Assembly: GCA_039795895.1 (NCBI GenBank)
Contig: JBDKKW010000003.1
Location: forward strand, 1-61,899
Length of the DNA: 61,899 nt
DNA from: Candidatus Parcubacteria bacterium
GTDB lineage: Bacteria > Patescibacteriota > Minisyncoccia > Phycocordibacterales > JBAYGS01
Reading direction: 5' to 3'
Position 1 is the first letter of the stretch, and each line of letters begins with the position of its first letter. The notes beneath the pieces are model-generated. The model saw nothing but the letters and a program-made list of their open reading frames with translations. It was not told where the DNA came from and made no database searches. Made by a program: the position numbers and the translations under genes. Below are positions 34,609-44,214 of this stretch, one piece after another.

Positions 34609-35127
34609 ATGAATATACATAATCACGAACGCTTGTCTGATGCGATCCAGTTTGCTAATTGGGCACACAGAAAGCAGAAGCGAAAGTTAACTGATGCGCC
34701 ATACATTATGCATCCGTGTCATGGCACGATGCTCCTCATGTGTCATGGTTTGAGTATTGATGACCCGCTTGAGTTTATTGCGATTATCGCAGAGACTTTA
34801 CATGATACACACGAAGATAATCCGAAAGAGGTCTCACTTCCGCTTATCAATGAAACCTTTGGGTATGATGTGGCTCGAGTTGTGTTTGGGGTCACTCTTG
34901 ATCCGACAAACCCAGACAAGAGGCGCGCACGTCAAAAGATCCTGAGGGCTGACTGGATTGTGCGGATTGTGAAAGTTGCTGATATTCTGAGTAACACGAT
35001 TAGTACTACGTCTGTCGTCAGGAAGCGAGGACTTGCTGTAGTGCAAAAGCATTTTTCTCAACCAATCTCTGATCGAGTACGGATGGAGCGAGCTTTTTTT
35101 GAAAAAAGTTTGCCGGAAAAAAGATGA
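34609..35127 (+). CDS. HD-domain phosphohydrolase (small SpoT/RelA-type HD_4-like)
   Basis: AIQFANWAHRKQKRK..PYIMHP and ETLHDTHED (HD motif). Confidence 0.7.
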   Translation: MNIHNHERLSDAIQFANWAHRKQKRKLTDAPYIMHPCHGTMLLMCHGLSIDDPLEFIAIIAETLHDTHEDNPKEVSLPLINETFGYDVARVVFGVTLDPTNPDKRRARQKILRADWIVRIVKVADILSNTISTTSVVRKRGLAVVQKHFSQPISDRVRMERAFFEKSLPEKR

Positions 35128-35222
35128 GTATCCGAAATTGGTGGCTATTACGGCCACGGCTTTACGAGCTCTTGATGAGCTTGAATCGCTGATTCGTGCG
35201 TGAGTGTATTTCAAAGTCGCAA

Positions 35223-35250
35223 AGACCTCTTTATCAAAGGGGTCTTTTTT
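35223..35250 (+). terminator. Rho-independent terminator
   Basis: AGACCTCT-TTATCAA-AGGGGTCT followed by TTTTTT. Confidence 0.7.
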
Positions 35251-35350
35251 GTTGGATTGTGTGCATTTGTGGATTTATCCCTAGTTGCGCGATACTGGCT
35301 GTAGTATACTAGGGGTATTATTAAAAGTGAGCGCAGTTATTTATTTACCT

Positions 35351-37441
35351 ATGTCAAACGAAACAACGTCAGGATCAAAAAGTTTTTCAAAATTTGAGCA
35401 AGGAGCTCTTGGGGTGCTCTTTGTGGGACTCTTTTTACTACCACTTTTCTTTATCCCGTCTTCATTTATCCTATTTGAATTCGTCAAAATGATGGCGACC
35501 GTGGCGGTAATTTCTGTGGCTACACTCCTTGTGCTTTCTGCTCGACTCAAAGATGGCCAACTTACTCTCTCAAAATCGCCCCTTGTATGGTCACTATGGG
35601 CAGTGCCTGTCGTGTATTTCATTGCATCACTTTTCTCTGCACACCGCACGACTTCGCTCGTGGGTTACGGTTTTGAAGTGGGCACTTTCGGTTTTGTGTT
35701 GCTCATGGTCACTCTGACTGCGCTTGTCTCGTATCTCTTCCGAAATGCAAGTCGATCTTTCTCCCTCCTCGCCAGCCTTTTGGTGGTCACGCTGATTCTC
35801 GGGCTATTCCATGTCTCTCGATTTGTATTCGGCCCAGGCTTCCTTTCGTTTGGATTCTTCACTGATCTGTCGTACAACACCTTTGGTAAGTGGTATGATC
35901 TCAGCCTTTTGTTTGGGTTTGCTGCGGTCGTCACTACGACGCTCATTGAATTCTTCTCACTCACCAAGCTTTCTCGAATATTCTCATTGGTACTCCTCAC
36001 GCTTTCACTTGTAGTTCTCGCGGTGGTCAACTTCTTTATGGTGTGGGTGGTAGTAGCAATATTCTCTCTTGGATTGCTTTTGTATGGCTTCTTTATGCAA
36101 CCAAAGGCTACTGCCGAGGGTGCGACTCAGTCTGGTAGAAAGCTATCATGGGTATCTTTTGTGGTCTTTGTGGTAGCGCTCTTCTTTGTTCTTGATAATG
36201 TTGGCGCGTTTGGTATGTTGACCGCAAAGCCTTACGCCCAACGACTTTCAGACAAGCTCGGCATCTCGCAAGTAGAAGTTCGTCCGTCTTGGACATCGAC
36301 TATGGAGGTGATTTCTCCGGTACTCAAAGCTGATCCTGTGTTTGGTGTTGGTCCAAATCGTTTTGCGACCGCATGGACACAGTACAAGCCGGCAGGAATC
36401 AATGCGTGGCCGTTCTGGAATGTAGACTTCTCATATGCTATCGGCTTTATTCCGACCGCGGTGGTTACGGTGGGGGTTGTGGGTGCACTTGCGTGGCTTG
36501 TCTTCCTTGTCTTCTTGGTGTTGAGTTTTGTCAAAGTACTTCGAAAGCCTTTGGGTGATAAGCGTGGTCGGGGATTAACCCTGACTCTCCTTGTGGGCAC
36601 TGCCTTCTTCTGGTTCTTTATGATTGCGTATGTTTCGAGCACATTGACTCTCGTCTTTACGTTTGTTGTTACTGGTTTGTATTTTGCAGCACTACATCGC
36701 GAAGGAGTACTCAAGAGTAGTCCGGTGACTGTCACAAAACACTCAAAGCTTGCTTTAGTAAGTACGGTCGGAGTTGTGGTGGGCTTGATTGTGTTTGCAA
36801 CTTTGGGTTATGTCTATACCCAAAAGACGCTCGCATCGTATTACTTTAGAAAAGGCGCTACTGCTTTTGGAGCCAATGATCCAGTGCAGGGTGAAGTGAA
36901 TTTGGTAAAGGCGTTTCGTCTTGGTCAAAATGATTTGTATCTCCGCTCACTCTCTGATTTCTACCTTGCACAAGTCAATGTCCTCTTGACCAGTGATGTC
37001 AGTAAGATGAAGCCAGAAGATGTTCGAGCTCGATTTGAGACATTGTTCCGATTTGCCAATACTGCTGCTAATCAGGCGGTGGCATACGATCCGACCAATT
37101 ATCAAAATTACCTCACGCGTGCTCGCGTGTATGAGATTGTGGTTCCGCTCAATATTCCAAATGCGTACGAAAGTGCAAAAGCAGACTACATAGCAGCAGC
37201 AAAACTCAATCCACAAAATCCGCTGATCTACCTCTTGGCGGGACGACTCGAGGCAATCAAGGGAAATATTGCGCTTGCGAAAGAGACAGTACAAATTGCT
37301 CTCACCTTGAAGCCTGATTATGCTGATGCAAAGACACTACTCGATCAAATCAGTGCGGTGAAGCCAGCTTCAATCGCTCCTGTGGTTGATAAAAAAGTAG
37401 AGGCGGTGCTTGATGCTAAGGCGACAACGAAGAAGAAATAA
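35351..37441 (+). CDS. Polytopic membrane protein (O-antigen-ligase/Wzy-like by topology) with C-terminal TPR-like repeats
   Basis: About 12 hydrophobic segments, followed by a helical repeat region (YYFRKGATAF..NYLTRARVYE..AKLNPQNPLIYLLAGRLEA..LKPDYADAK). The family call is tentative. Confidence 0.6.
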   Translation: MSNETTSGSKSFSKFEQGALGVLFVGLFLLPLFFIPSSFILFEFVKMMATVAVISVATLLVLSARLKDGQLTLSKSPLVWSLWAVPVVYFIASLFSAHRTTSLVGYGFEVGTFGFVLLMVTLTALVSYLFRNASRSFSLLASLLVVTLILGLFHVSRFVFGPGFLSFGFFTDLSYNTFGKWYDLSLLFGFAAVVTTTLIEFFSLTKLSRIFSLVLLTLSLVVLAVVNFFMVWVVVAIFSLGLLLYGFFMQPKATAEGATQSGRKLSWVSFVVFVVALFFVLDNVGAFGMLTAKPYAQRLSDKLGISQVEVRPSWTSTMEVISPVLKADPVFGVGPNRFATAWTQYKPAGINAWPFWNVDFSYAIGFIPTAVVTVGVVGALAWLVFLVFLVLSFVKVLRKPLGDKRGRGLTLTLLVGTAFFWFFMIAYVSSTLTLVFTFVVTGLYFAALHREGVLKSSPVTVTKHSKLALVSTVGVVVGLIVFATLGYVYTQKTLASYYFRKGATAFGANDPVQGEVNLVKAFRLGQNDLYLRSLSDFYLAQVNVLLTSDVSKMKPEDVRARFETLFRFANTAANQAVAYDPTNYQNYLTRARVYEIVVPLNIPNAYESAKADYIAAAKLNPQNPLIYLLAGRLEAIKGNIALAKETVQIALTLKPDYADAKTLLDQISAVKPASIAPVVDKKVEAVLDAKATTKKK

Positions 37442-37450
37442 CTCTGTTGT

Positions 37451-39127
37451 ATGGTCAAGCGGATTCTGTCACTGCTGAACAAAGAGATAGGAGGCCTCCA
37501 CGAGGCAGCCTATCTCTTGGGCTTTTTTGCCCTATTGTCACAGGTGCTCGCGTTGGTTCGCGACCGCTTGCTCGCGTATACCTTTGGTGCAGGAGCAACG
37601 CTCGATGTCTACTATGCAGCATTTCGAATCCCAGACTTTATCTTTGTGTCGATTGGCTCGGTGGTCTCCGTGTCGGTACTGGTGCCATTTTTACTTGACC
37701 GTGCGCGACAGAGCGAAGATTCTGCGAGACTGTTTATTAGTCAGCTGTGCACGTTCTTTTTCGGATTGATCGTGATGGTAAATCTTGTTGTGTTTTTCTG
37801 TGTACCATTTCTGACGGCTTGGCTTTTTCCAGGTATTATCGGAGAAAGGCACGATACGCTGATTCTTTTAACACGAATTCTTCTGCTTTCACCGGTGCTC
37901 TTGGGGCTCTCCAATTGTCTGGGAAGTATCACTCAGGCATACAAACGATTTGTGGTGTACGCGTTGAGTCCATTGGTCTATAACTTGGGAATTATCTTCG
38001 GTATTCTAGTATTGTATCCGCAATTTGGGATGGTTGGTTTGGTGTATGGGGTTGTGTGTGGTGCGCTCCTGCATGTGCTCGTCCAGGTGCCCTCGGTGAG
38101 GGCTATTTCTCGAATGCCATACGTGGCGATACGGGGAAGTGCGAAGGTGTTTGCCCAAGTAATGCAGTTGTCACTTCCACGTACGCTCACACTTGGATTG
38201 TCTCAAATTGCGACTATCTTCTTGCTCTCACTCGCCTCAAAGATGGCTGATGGTTCGATTACGGTGTTCAATTTTGCTTTCAACCTTCAGTCGGTTCCAC
38301 TGTCGATTATTGGAGTTAGTTATTCGCTCGCCGCCTTTCCGGCGTTGTCAAAAATGCACACCGACGGTGATCGGAATATGTTTTTTAACCAACTCGCCTC
38401 TGCTGCTAGACATATTCTTTTTTGGTCGGTGCCGATTACGGTACTCTTTATTGTGTTGCGTGCGCAGATTGTGCGCGTGGTGCTCGGAGCAGGGGAGTTT
38501 AGTTGGGCTGATACTCGTCTCACCGCTGCTACACTCGCGCTATTTTCGATTTCGGTTGTCGCCCAGAGTCTCACACTGCTTTTTGTTCGGGGGTACTATG
38601 CCCGAGGTAACACGCGAAGGCCATTGTTGGTAAATGTATCGTCGACACTGCTTATTGGGGTACTTGGATTTTCTTTGACCAAGCTGTTTGTGGCAGTTCC
38701 GTCGTTCCATTATTTCCTCGAGGCGCTCTTTCGTGTGACCGATATTTCAGGAACAGAGATTTTGGTGTTGCCGTTGTCGTTTACGATTGGTATGGGTATC
38801 AATGCGTTGGTTCTGTGGTGGGGACTCAAGTCTGAAAGTCCGATTCCACTGGCGCCACTCCGTAAAACCTTTTTTGAAAGCTTTTCTGCGTCGATTATTA
38901 TGGGATTTGTCGCATATCTCTGTCTCAATTATTTCAGTACTGTCTTTTCAATGCACACTGTGCCCGGTATTTTCTTCCAGGGCTTTTTCTCGGGAATTAG
39001 TGGAATCGTGGTTGCGGTAGTGGTCTTGTATGCACTAAAAAGTCCTGAGCTTGCTGTGGTGTGGAAGACGCTTCATGCCAAGATTTGGAAGACTCCGGTG
39101 GTAGCGGAAGAGCTGGGGCAACTTTAG
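37451..39127 (+). CDS. murJ: Lipid II flippase MurJ/MviN
   Basis: 558 aa, about 14 TM segments. MurJ-like N-terminus (AAYLLGFFALLSQVLALVRDRLLAYTFGAG..DVYYAAFRIPDF). Confidence 0.85.
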   Translation: MVKRILSLLNKEIGGLHEAAYLLGFFALLSQVLALVRDRLLAYTFGAGATLDVYYAAFRIPDFIFVSIGSVVSVSVLVPFLLDRARQSEDSARLFISQLCTFFFGLIVMVNLVVFFCVPFLTAWLFPGIIGERHDTLILLTRILLLSPVLLGLSNCLGSITQAYKRFVVYALSPLVYNLGIIFGILVLYPQFGMVGLVYGVVCGALLHVLVQVPSVRAISRMPYVAIRGSAKVFAQVMQLSLPRTLTLGLSQIATIFLLSLASKMADGSITVFNFAFNLQSVPLSIIGVSYSLAAFPALSKMHTDGDRNMFFNQLASAARHILFWSVPITVLFIVLRAQIVRVVLGAGEFSWADTRLTAATLALFSISVVAQSLTLLFVRGYYARGNTRRPLLVNVSSTLLIGVLGFSLTKLFVAVPSFHYFLEALFRVTDISGTEILVLPLSFTIGMGINALVLWWGLKSESPIPLAPLRKTFFESFSASIIMGFVAYLCLNYFSTVFSMHTVPGIFFQGFFSGISGIVVAVVVLYALKSPELAVVWKTLHAKIWKTPVVAEELGQL

Positions 39128-39148
39128 GGATTGAAAGTATGAAGTCGG

Positions 39149-39190
39149 AAAAGTCGGGCAAAATGGTTGCCATTTTGCCCGACTTTTATT
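39149..39190 (+). terminator. Rho-independent terminator
   Basis: AAAAGTCGGGCAAAATGG-TTG-CCATTTTGCCCGACTTTT (18 bp). Confidence 0.85.
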
Positions 39191-39214
39191 GACTTATTCT
39201 ATTTGAGGTGTACT

Positions 39215-39313
39215 ATGGTAAATATGAAAAGAATAACGAGCGCTATAAACCTTCTCGGTTTGCTACTCCTGCCTAATCACGGTGGAGATTTTGCTCGTGC
39301 CAATTTAAACTAA
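39215..39313 (+). CDS. Candidate Leu-rich leader peptide (MVNMKRITSAINLLGLLLLPNHGGDFARANLN)
   Basis: GAGGTG (39205-39210) lies 4 nt before ATG 39215 (alternative ATG 39224). Leu codons at 39251-39256 and four consecutive at 39260-39271. Stop TAA at 39311-39313. Too short to appear in the ORF track. Confidence 0.55.
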   Translation: MVNMKRITSAINLLGLLLLPNHGGDFARANLN

Positions 39314-39340
39314 CTTACGTTAGAAACTCAAATTGATACA

Positions 39341-39378
39341 AGCCAGCTCTTCACCAAATGAAGAGCTGGCTTTCGTTT
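39341..39378 (+). terminator. Attenuator/terminator hairpin between the leader peptide and leuA
   Basis: AGCCAGCTCTTCA-CCAAA-TGAAGAGCTGGCT (13 bp) followed by TTCGTTT. Confidence 0.7.
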
Positions 39379-39405
39379 ACCGTGTGGTAAAAAGGGAAGT
39401 GTTCT

Positions 39406-41094
39406 TTGAGAAAATACACAAAATTGCTACGTCGTATGTTACAAGATACTGTTGGTAAATATCGTCCGTTTCCACCTATTGTTCTGCCGGATCGTCGTTG
39501 GCCAAATCGAGTGATTATTAGTCCTCCATTGTGGGCAAGTGTAGATCTTCGCGATGGCAATCAAGCGCTTCCCGTGCCGATGAATATTAGTCAAAAACTC
39601 GAGATGTTTAGAGCCTTAGTAACATATGGTTTCAAGCAGATTGAGATTGGTTTCCCTTCTTCATCAAACACAGAATTTCGATTCACTCGTCTTTTGATTG
39701 AAGAGAACCATATTCCTGATGATGTAACTATTCAGGTGCTCGTCCAAGCACGTGAAGACTTGATTGAGCGAACGTGTAAGTCGCTCGTGGGTGCGAAGCG
39801 TGTGATTGTGCACTTGTACAATTCTACGTCACCCGCTCAACGTCGTGTGGTCTTTGGTAAATCGAAAGAGGAAATCAAGGCCTTGGCTGTGCATGGTGCA
39901 CAACTGATCTCCGATCACCTCCGTTTACTCAATGGTACCGATGTCACTCTCCAGTATTCGCCAGAAAGTTTCTCGGCGACTGAAGTGGAATATTCCAAAG
40001 AGGTCGCTGAAGCGGTCATGGATGTATGGCAACCGACCCGAGAACGGAAGATGATTTTAAATCTCCCGTGCACGGTCGAAGTGGCTATGCCAAACGTGTA
40101 TGCCGATCAGATTGAGTGGATGTGTCGAAATATTAAAAATCGAGACTCGCTCATCATTAGTCTGCATACGCATAATGATCGTGGTACCGGTGTCGCCGCT
40201 ACTGAATTGGGTTTGCTCGCCGGCGCGGATCGCGTCGAGGGCACACTCTTTGGTAATGGCGAACGTACAGGAAATCTTGATATTGTCACTGTGGCATTAA
40301 ATCTATATGCACAAGGTATTGATCCAGGACTCGATTTTAGCGACCTGGAATCCGTGTGTACGATGTATAAACGATGCACTGGAATGACTATTCCTCCGCG
40401 TCATCCCTACGCCGGTGAGTTGGTGTTTACTGCGTTTAGTGGTTCTCATCAGGATGCCATTAAAAAGGGTCTGGATGAATGGAAGGTTGGTCAGCGTACT
40501 CACTGGGACGTTCCGTATCTCACGGTCGACCCCGGTGACCTTGGTCGTTTGTATGATGAAGTTATTCGTATAAATGGCCAATCAGGCAAAGGAGGAGTCG
40601 CATATTTGCTCGAAAATGAATTCGGCCTTCATATACCGAAAGACATGCAACGTGAGTTTGGCCCTATTGCCAACGACTTGGTTGATTCACTTGGTCGTGA
40701 GGTGAAAGGGGAGGAGCTCAAAGCAATGTTTTGGCATGAATATGTCGAACGTACGACGCCTTGGAAGCTCTCTGTGTTTGAGGCAGTGGGAGGGGATGTT
40801 TGTTCTTGTAGTGCTCAGATACTGCATAACAATAGTTCTCGTACTATTGTGGGTCACGGTAATGGTCCGGTTGCATCTTTTGTGGATGCGATAATCACAA
40901 ACACAGAAGTACCGCAGTTTAAAGTGCTGTTTTACAAAGAACACTCTTTAGGTGTGGGAGAAAGTGCTTCAGCAATTGCCTACGTTCAGCTCGAGATAAA
41001 TGGTGGTCAGTATTGGGGTGCTGGCGTTGATTCCAATATTGAGCTTGCCTCAGTCAAAGCCGTTCTGAGTGCGCTCAATCGTGCTTCTCAGTAG
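39406..41094 (+). CDS. leuA: 2-isopropylmalate synthase (long, LeuA type 2)
   Basis: KYRPFPPIVLPDRRWP, VDLRDGNQA, LHTHNDRGTGVA, and a C-terminal LeuA dimerisation/regulatory domain. Start is TTG 39406 or a downstream ATG. Confidence 0.9.
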   Translation: MRKYTKLLRRMLQDTVGKYRPFPPIVLPDRRWPNRVIISPPLWASVDLRDGNQALPVPMNISQKLEMFRALVTYGFKQIEIGFPSSSNTEFRFTRLLIEENHIPDDVTIQVLVQAREDLIERTCKSLVGAKRVIVHLYNSTSPAQRRVVFGKSKEEIKALAVHGAQLISDHLRLLNGTDVTLQYSPESFSATEVEYSKEVAEAVMDVWQPTRERKMILNLPCTVEVAMPNVYADQIEWMCRNIKNRDSLIISLHTHNDRGTGVAATELGLLAGADRVEGTLFGNGERTGNLDIVTVALNLYAQGIDPGLDFSDLESVCTMYKRCTGMTIPPRHPYAGELVFTAFSGSHQDAIKKGLDEWKVGQRTHWDVPYLTVDPGDLGRLYDEVIRINGQSGKGGVAYLLENEFGLHIPKDMQREFGPIANDLVDSLGREVKGEELKAMFWHEYVERTTPWKLSVFEAVGGDVCSCSAQILHNNSSRTIVGHGNGPVASFVDAIITNTEVPQFKVLFYKEHSLGVGESASAIAYVQLEINGGQYWGAGVDSNIELASVKAVLSALNRASQ

Positions 41095-41109
41095 GTTATA
41101 AAACACACA

Positions 41110-41140
41110 AACCGTTCGTGTATTTCGCGAACGGTTTTTT
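41110..41140 (+). terminator. Rho-independent terminator
   Basis: AACCGTTCG / CGAACGGTT stem followed by TTTTT. Confidence 0.75.
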
Positions 41141-41247
41141 CATTGTTTGAGCATTTCACATTGAAGTGTCTTCTAGTAAAAAATCAAAAATAGAGCTCTA
41201 TAGAGCCACTCTATCTTTTTTGCGGATTTCTGCTAGTATTGCCCTAT

Positions 41248-43050
41248 ATGGAATCTCGTTTTATTCGAAATTTCAGCATTATCGCGCATATTGACCACGG
41301 CAAGTCGACACTTGCCGATCGTATGCTTGAGCTGACACACACCATTGAAAAGCGCAAAATGATGGCGCAGGTACTTGATAGTATGGAGCTTGAGCGTGAG
41401 CGTGGTATCACGATCAAAATGCAACCAGTGCGCATGAAGCACACCAAGGACGGTCAGGAGTATGTGATGAATCTTATCGACACCCCAGGACACATCGATT
41501 TCTCGTATGAAGTGTCTCGTGCGCTCAAAGCGGTGGAGGGTTCGATTTTGCTTGTGGATGCCACGCAGGGAGTGCAGGCACAAACACTGACCACTCTCGG
41601 GATGGCGCGTGAAGCTGGTCTCACTATTGTACCAGTGGTTTCTAAGATTGATTCGCCACTTGCGCGAGTGGCTGAAGTGAAAGAAGAAATCGCACTACTT
41701 CTCGGTGTGCCACAATCTGAAATTCTTGAAGTGTCTGGGAAGACTGGCCAAGGAGTAATTGAGCTTTTGAATGAAATTATCTCTCGAGTTCCAGCACCAA
41801 AACATGAAGCAACCAGTACCGGACAATTCCGTTCGCTTGTTTTTGATTTTCAATATTCCAATCATCGCGGGGTGACGGTGTATGTACGTGTGTTTGGTGG
41901 GAAGGTGTCAAAAGGGGATGGTTTGCTTTTTAAAGTTGCGGATGAGAAATTCTTTGCACTTGAGACGGGAATCTTTTCTCCACACGAGGTGCCCGTGGAG
42001 TCGCTCGGTGAAGGAGAAATTGGCTATATTGTGACTGGTATCAAACAGCCTGGTATCGCTTCGGTGGGAGACACTGTGGCAGCACTCAAGGACACCTTGG
42101 CACCTTTCCCTGGCTATATGAGTCCAAATCCTGTGGTATGGGCATCTATCTATCCTGAAAGTCAGGATGATTTTGATTTTTTGAAACAAGCGCTCGGCAA
42201 GCTTCGACTTTCTGATTCGTCATTTACCCACGAAGAAGAGTCTTCGGGTACGCTCGGACGAGGCTTTCGATGCGGTTTCTTGGGAATGCTTCACTTGGAG
42301 ATTATCACTGAGCGATTGCGACGAGAATTTAATCTTAAATTGGTGATTACGAGTCCGACGATTACCTACGAAGTGCATATGCGTGGGGGCAAAGTGGAGA
42401 CAGTCTACTCGCCATCAAAATTCCCCGAAGAACATTTGATCGAGAAGATTTTTGAACCATGGGCAAAGGTGAAGATCATTACCCCGATGAAATATTTGGG
42501 TGAGGTAATGCAAAAGTTGTTTGAGCATGAAGCGGAAATTGGCGAGACTGAGAATTTTGGAGACAATCGAAATTCAGTGACGGTCATGATGCCTCTTCGC
42601 GAGCTGATGCGTAATTTCTTTGATGAGCTCAAGTCCGTATCGTCGGGTTTTGCGTCGATTTCGTATGCGATGGAAGGAATGCGCGAAGCGGATGTGGTGC
42701 GACTCGACATCTTGGTGGCGGATGAGGCGGTGCCCGCCTTTACTCGTGTGGTTTCTCGAAAGCGAGCGCAGGAAGATGCTGAGAAGGCAGTGGAAAGGCT
42801 TTTTAATGTGCTTCCACGACAGATGTTTACAACCAAGATTCAAGGTAAGGCGATGGGGCGAATCATTTCTTCACGCACCCTTTCGGCAATGAAAAAAGAT
42901 GTGACTGGCTACTTGTACGGAGGCGATATTACCCGAAAGATGAAATTGCGCGAGAAGCAAAAAGAGGGTAAGAAACGAATGAAGGATCGTGGTACCGTAA
43001 ATATTCCACAAGATGTATTTTTGAAGATGATGCGGACAGGGGAAAACTAG
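41248..43050 (+). CDS. lepA: Translation elongation factor 4
   Basis: IRNFSIIAHIDHGKSTLADR, DTPGHIDFSYEV, SKIDS, and a LepA-specific C-terminal domain (..GGDITRKMKLREKQKEGKKRMK). Confidence 0.95.
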   Translation: MESRFIRNFSIIAHIDHGKSTLADRMLELTHTIEKRKMMAQVLDSMELERERGITIKMQPVRMKHTKDGQEYVMNLIDTPGHIDFSYEVSRALKAVEGSILLVDATQGVQAQTLTTLGMAREAGLTIVPVVSKIDSPLARVAEVKEEIALLLGVPQSEILEVSGKTGQGVIELLNEIISRVPAPKHEATSTGQFRSLVFDFQYSNHRGVTVYVRVFGGKVSKGDGLLFKVADEKFFALETGIFSPHEVPVESLGEGEIGYIVTGIKQPGIASVGDTVAALKDTLAPFPGYMSPNPVVWASIYPESQDDFDFLKQALGKLRLSDSSFTHEEESSGTLGRGFRCGFLGMLHLEIITERLRREFNLKLVITSPTITYEVHMRGGKVETVYSPSKFPEEHLIEKIFEPWAKVKIITPMKYLGEVMQKLFEHEAEIGETENFGDNRNSVTVMMPLRELMRNFFDELKSVSSGFASISYAMEGMREADVVRLDILVADEAVPAFTRVVSRKRAQEDAEKAVERLFNVLPRQMFTTKIQGKAMGRIISSRTLSAMKKDVTGYLYGGDITRKMKLREKQKEGKKRMKDRGTVNIPQDVFLKMMRTGEN

Positions 43051-43178
43051 ACCAGTCAGACAAGAAGCAAGAGAGATAAAAAGACCGGAAAAAAGTGTGG
43101 TCGCGAAGCGACCACACTTTTGCATTTCTCCTCCTGTCTGACCTGTCTTCTTATCTGACGGGTCTTCCTGTCTATATC
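43050..43178. repeat. Second copy of the GAAGAC-NN-GTCAG nested palindrome around a terminator
   Basis: 43050-43087 GACCAGTCAGACAAGAAGCAAGAGAGATAAAAAGACC begins in the lepA stop codon. Hairpin AGTGTGGTCGC-GAA-GCGACCACACT (43094-43118) plus T-run. 43133-43175 CCTGTCTGACCTGTCTTCTTATCTGACGGGTCTTCCTGTCTAT. AGCAAGAGAGATAA is identical to 27087-27100. Confidence 0.7.
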
Positions 43179-43249
43179 CATTGACTTCTCTCTCTTGTAG
43201 GAGTACTGTTTTATGTGGATATAGTTCACCGCATCACCATGGAGGATAT

Positions 43250-43501
43250 ATGGGAAGATCCGCGAAGTCTGCTCCAGTTGAACCACCTGAACGGATTTGT
43301 GATTACCCGGGATGTGTCACAATCCTTTCTGCCACCAACGATGACACCAAATGCCGTTGTCATCAGTCGAAAATTGCCAAGGCGTTTATCGCACAATTTG
43401 GTGCCGACGCTGAGAGTAGTGGTAGTGTGAGAAGTGATGGAAGGCATCTAACCTTGCGTCTGACGAGTCGTCGGCAGGCGTTTATCAAAGACCGTCGTTA
43501 A
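43250..43501 (+). CDS. Small Cys/His-rich (zinc-finger-like) protein, 83 aa
   Basis: GGAGGA lies 3 nt before ATG 43250. CDYPGC..TKCRCH motif. Followed directly by a strong terminator. Confidence 0.5.
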   Translation: MGRSAKSAPVEPPERICDYPGCVTILSATNDDTKCRCHQSKIAKAFIAQFGADAESSGSVRSDGRHLTLRLTSRRQAFIKDRR

Positions 43502-43540
43502 AAAGCGGTTACTGTGTGCTACACAGTAACCGCTTTTTTT
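43501..43540 (+). terminator. Rho-independent terminator
   Basis: AAAAGCGGTTACTGTGT-GC-TACACAGTAACCGCTTTTTTT palindrome. Confidence 0.85.
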
Positions 43541-43558
43541 ATTGAAGTAACAGACTTG

Positions 43559-43669
43559 TTATCGCCAGAGAAATGGTACGTAAAGTAGTATCATGCTGAT
43601 GATGATAAACACGCAGACGATACTCCAGGCGACAGTCACGGTTTTCTTATGTTTTTTGTTGAGAAGCAT
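43559..43669 (-). CDS. Possible 36-aa single-TM micro-protein (MLLNKKHKKTVTVAWSIVCVFIIISMILLYVPFLWR)
   Basis: A short ORF fills an otherwise empty gap. It encodes a basic N-terminus plus one TM helix. No clear SD sequence. Confidence 0.3.
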   Translation of the reverse strand: MLLNKKHKKTVTVAWSIVCVFIIISMILLYVPFLWR

Positions 43670-43740
43670 GGGGGATAGTATAGCTGAAAATGCCTCTTTT
43701 TGCCAATGCGATATCCGGTGTCATTTGGTATACTGATTAG

Positions 43741-44118
43741 ATGCGAGAGTTTGAACAACGAAAAAAAGTCAGGCGATTTCTATACTCACCTTTATCTCTG
43801 ATTATATTGGTGCTGGTGCTTTTGGTACTCGTCAAAGCGTCGTGGGGCGCGTACCAGAAATATCGCTTGAGTGATGGGGCATATCAAGAGGTCTCGCGTG
43901 AGCAAGTGGAGTTGTCTCTCCGCAAAGATCAGCTCGAGAGTGATATTGCTCGTCTCAAGACCACCGAAGGTGTTGAGGCTGATATTCGTACCAAATTTGG
44001 CATGGTAAAGCAGGGCGAGGGGATGCTGATATTGGTAGAGCGTGGTACGACTACCGAGCAAGGAGCTACCACAAAAGCTAGTGTCTTCGACGCCCTGAGA
44101 AGTCTTTTTAAACGCTAA
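43741..44118 (+). CDS. Septum formation initiator (FtsB/DivIC-like)
   Basis: N-terminal TM, then a coiled coil, then ..DIRTKFGMVKQGEGMLILVE, typical of the DivIC/FtsB family. Confidence 0.65.
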   Translation: MREFEQRKKVRRFLYSPLSLIILVLVLLVLVKASWGAYQKYRLSDGAYQEVSREQVELSLRKDQLESDIARLKTTEGVEADIRTKFGMVKQGEGMLILVERGTTTEQGATTKASVFDALRSLFKR

Positions 44119-44143
44119 AACGCGTGTTAGGATAGGGGCACTT

Positions 44144-44214
44144 GCGAGTGTAGTATAGTGGTAGTACTGGTGCTTCCCAAGCATCGGGCGCGGGTCCGAT
44201 TCCCGCCACTCGCA
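44144..44214 (+). tRNA. tRNA-Gly (anticodon CCC), T-loop TCCGATT
   Basis: Acceptor GCGAGTG/CACTCGC, D-arm GTAT-AGTGGTA-GTAC, anticodon arm GGTGC-TTCCCAA-GCATC, T-arm GCGGG-TCCGATT-CCCGC, discriminator A. Confidence 0.8.

Noticed and set aside
34114-34622. ORF-track entries 34114..34314 (-) and 34350..34622 (+)
   Set aside because: They overlap the RNase P RNA gene, which is identified by its CR-I and CR-V sequences. Their translations have no protein-like features.
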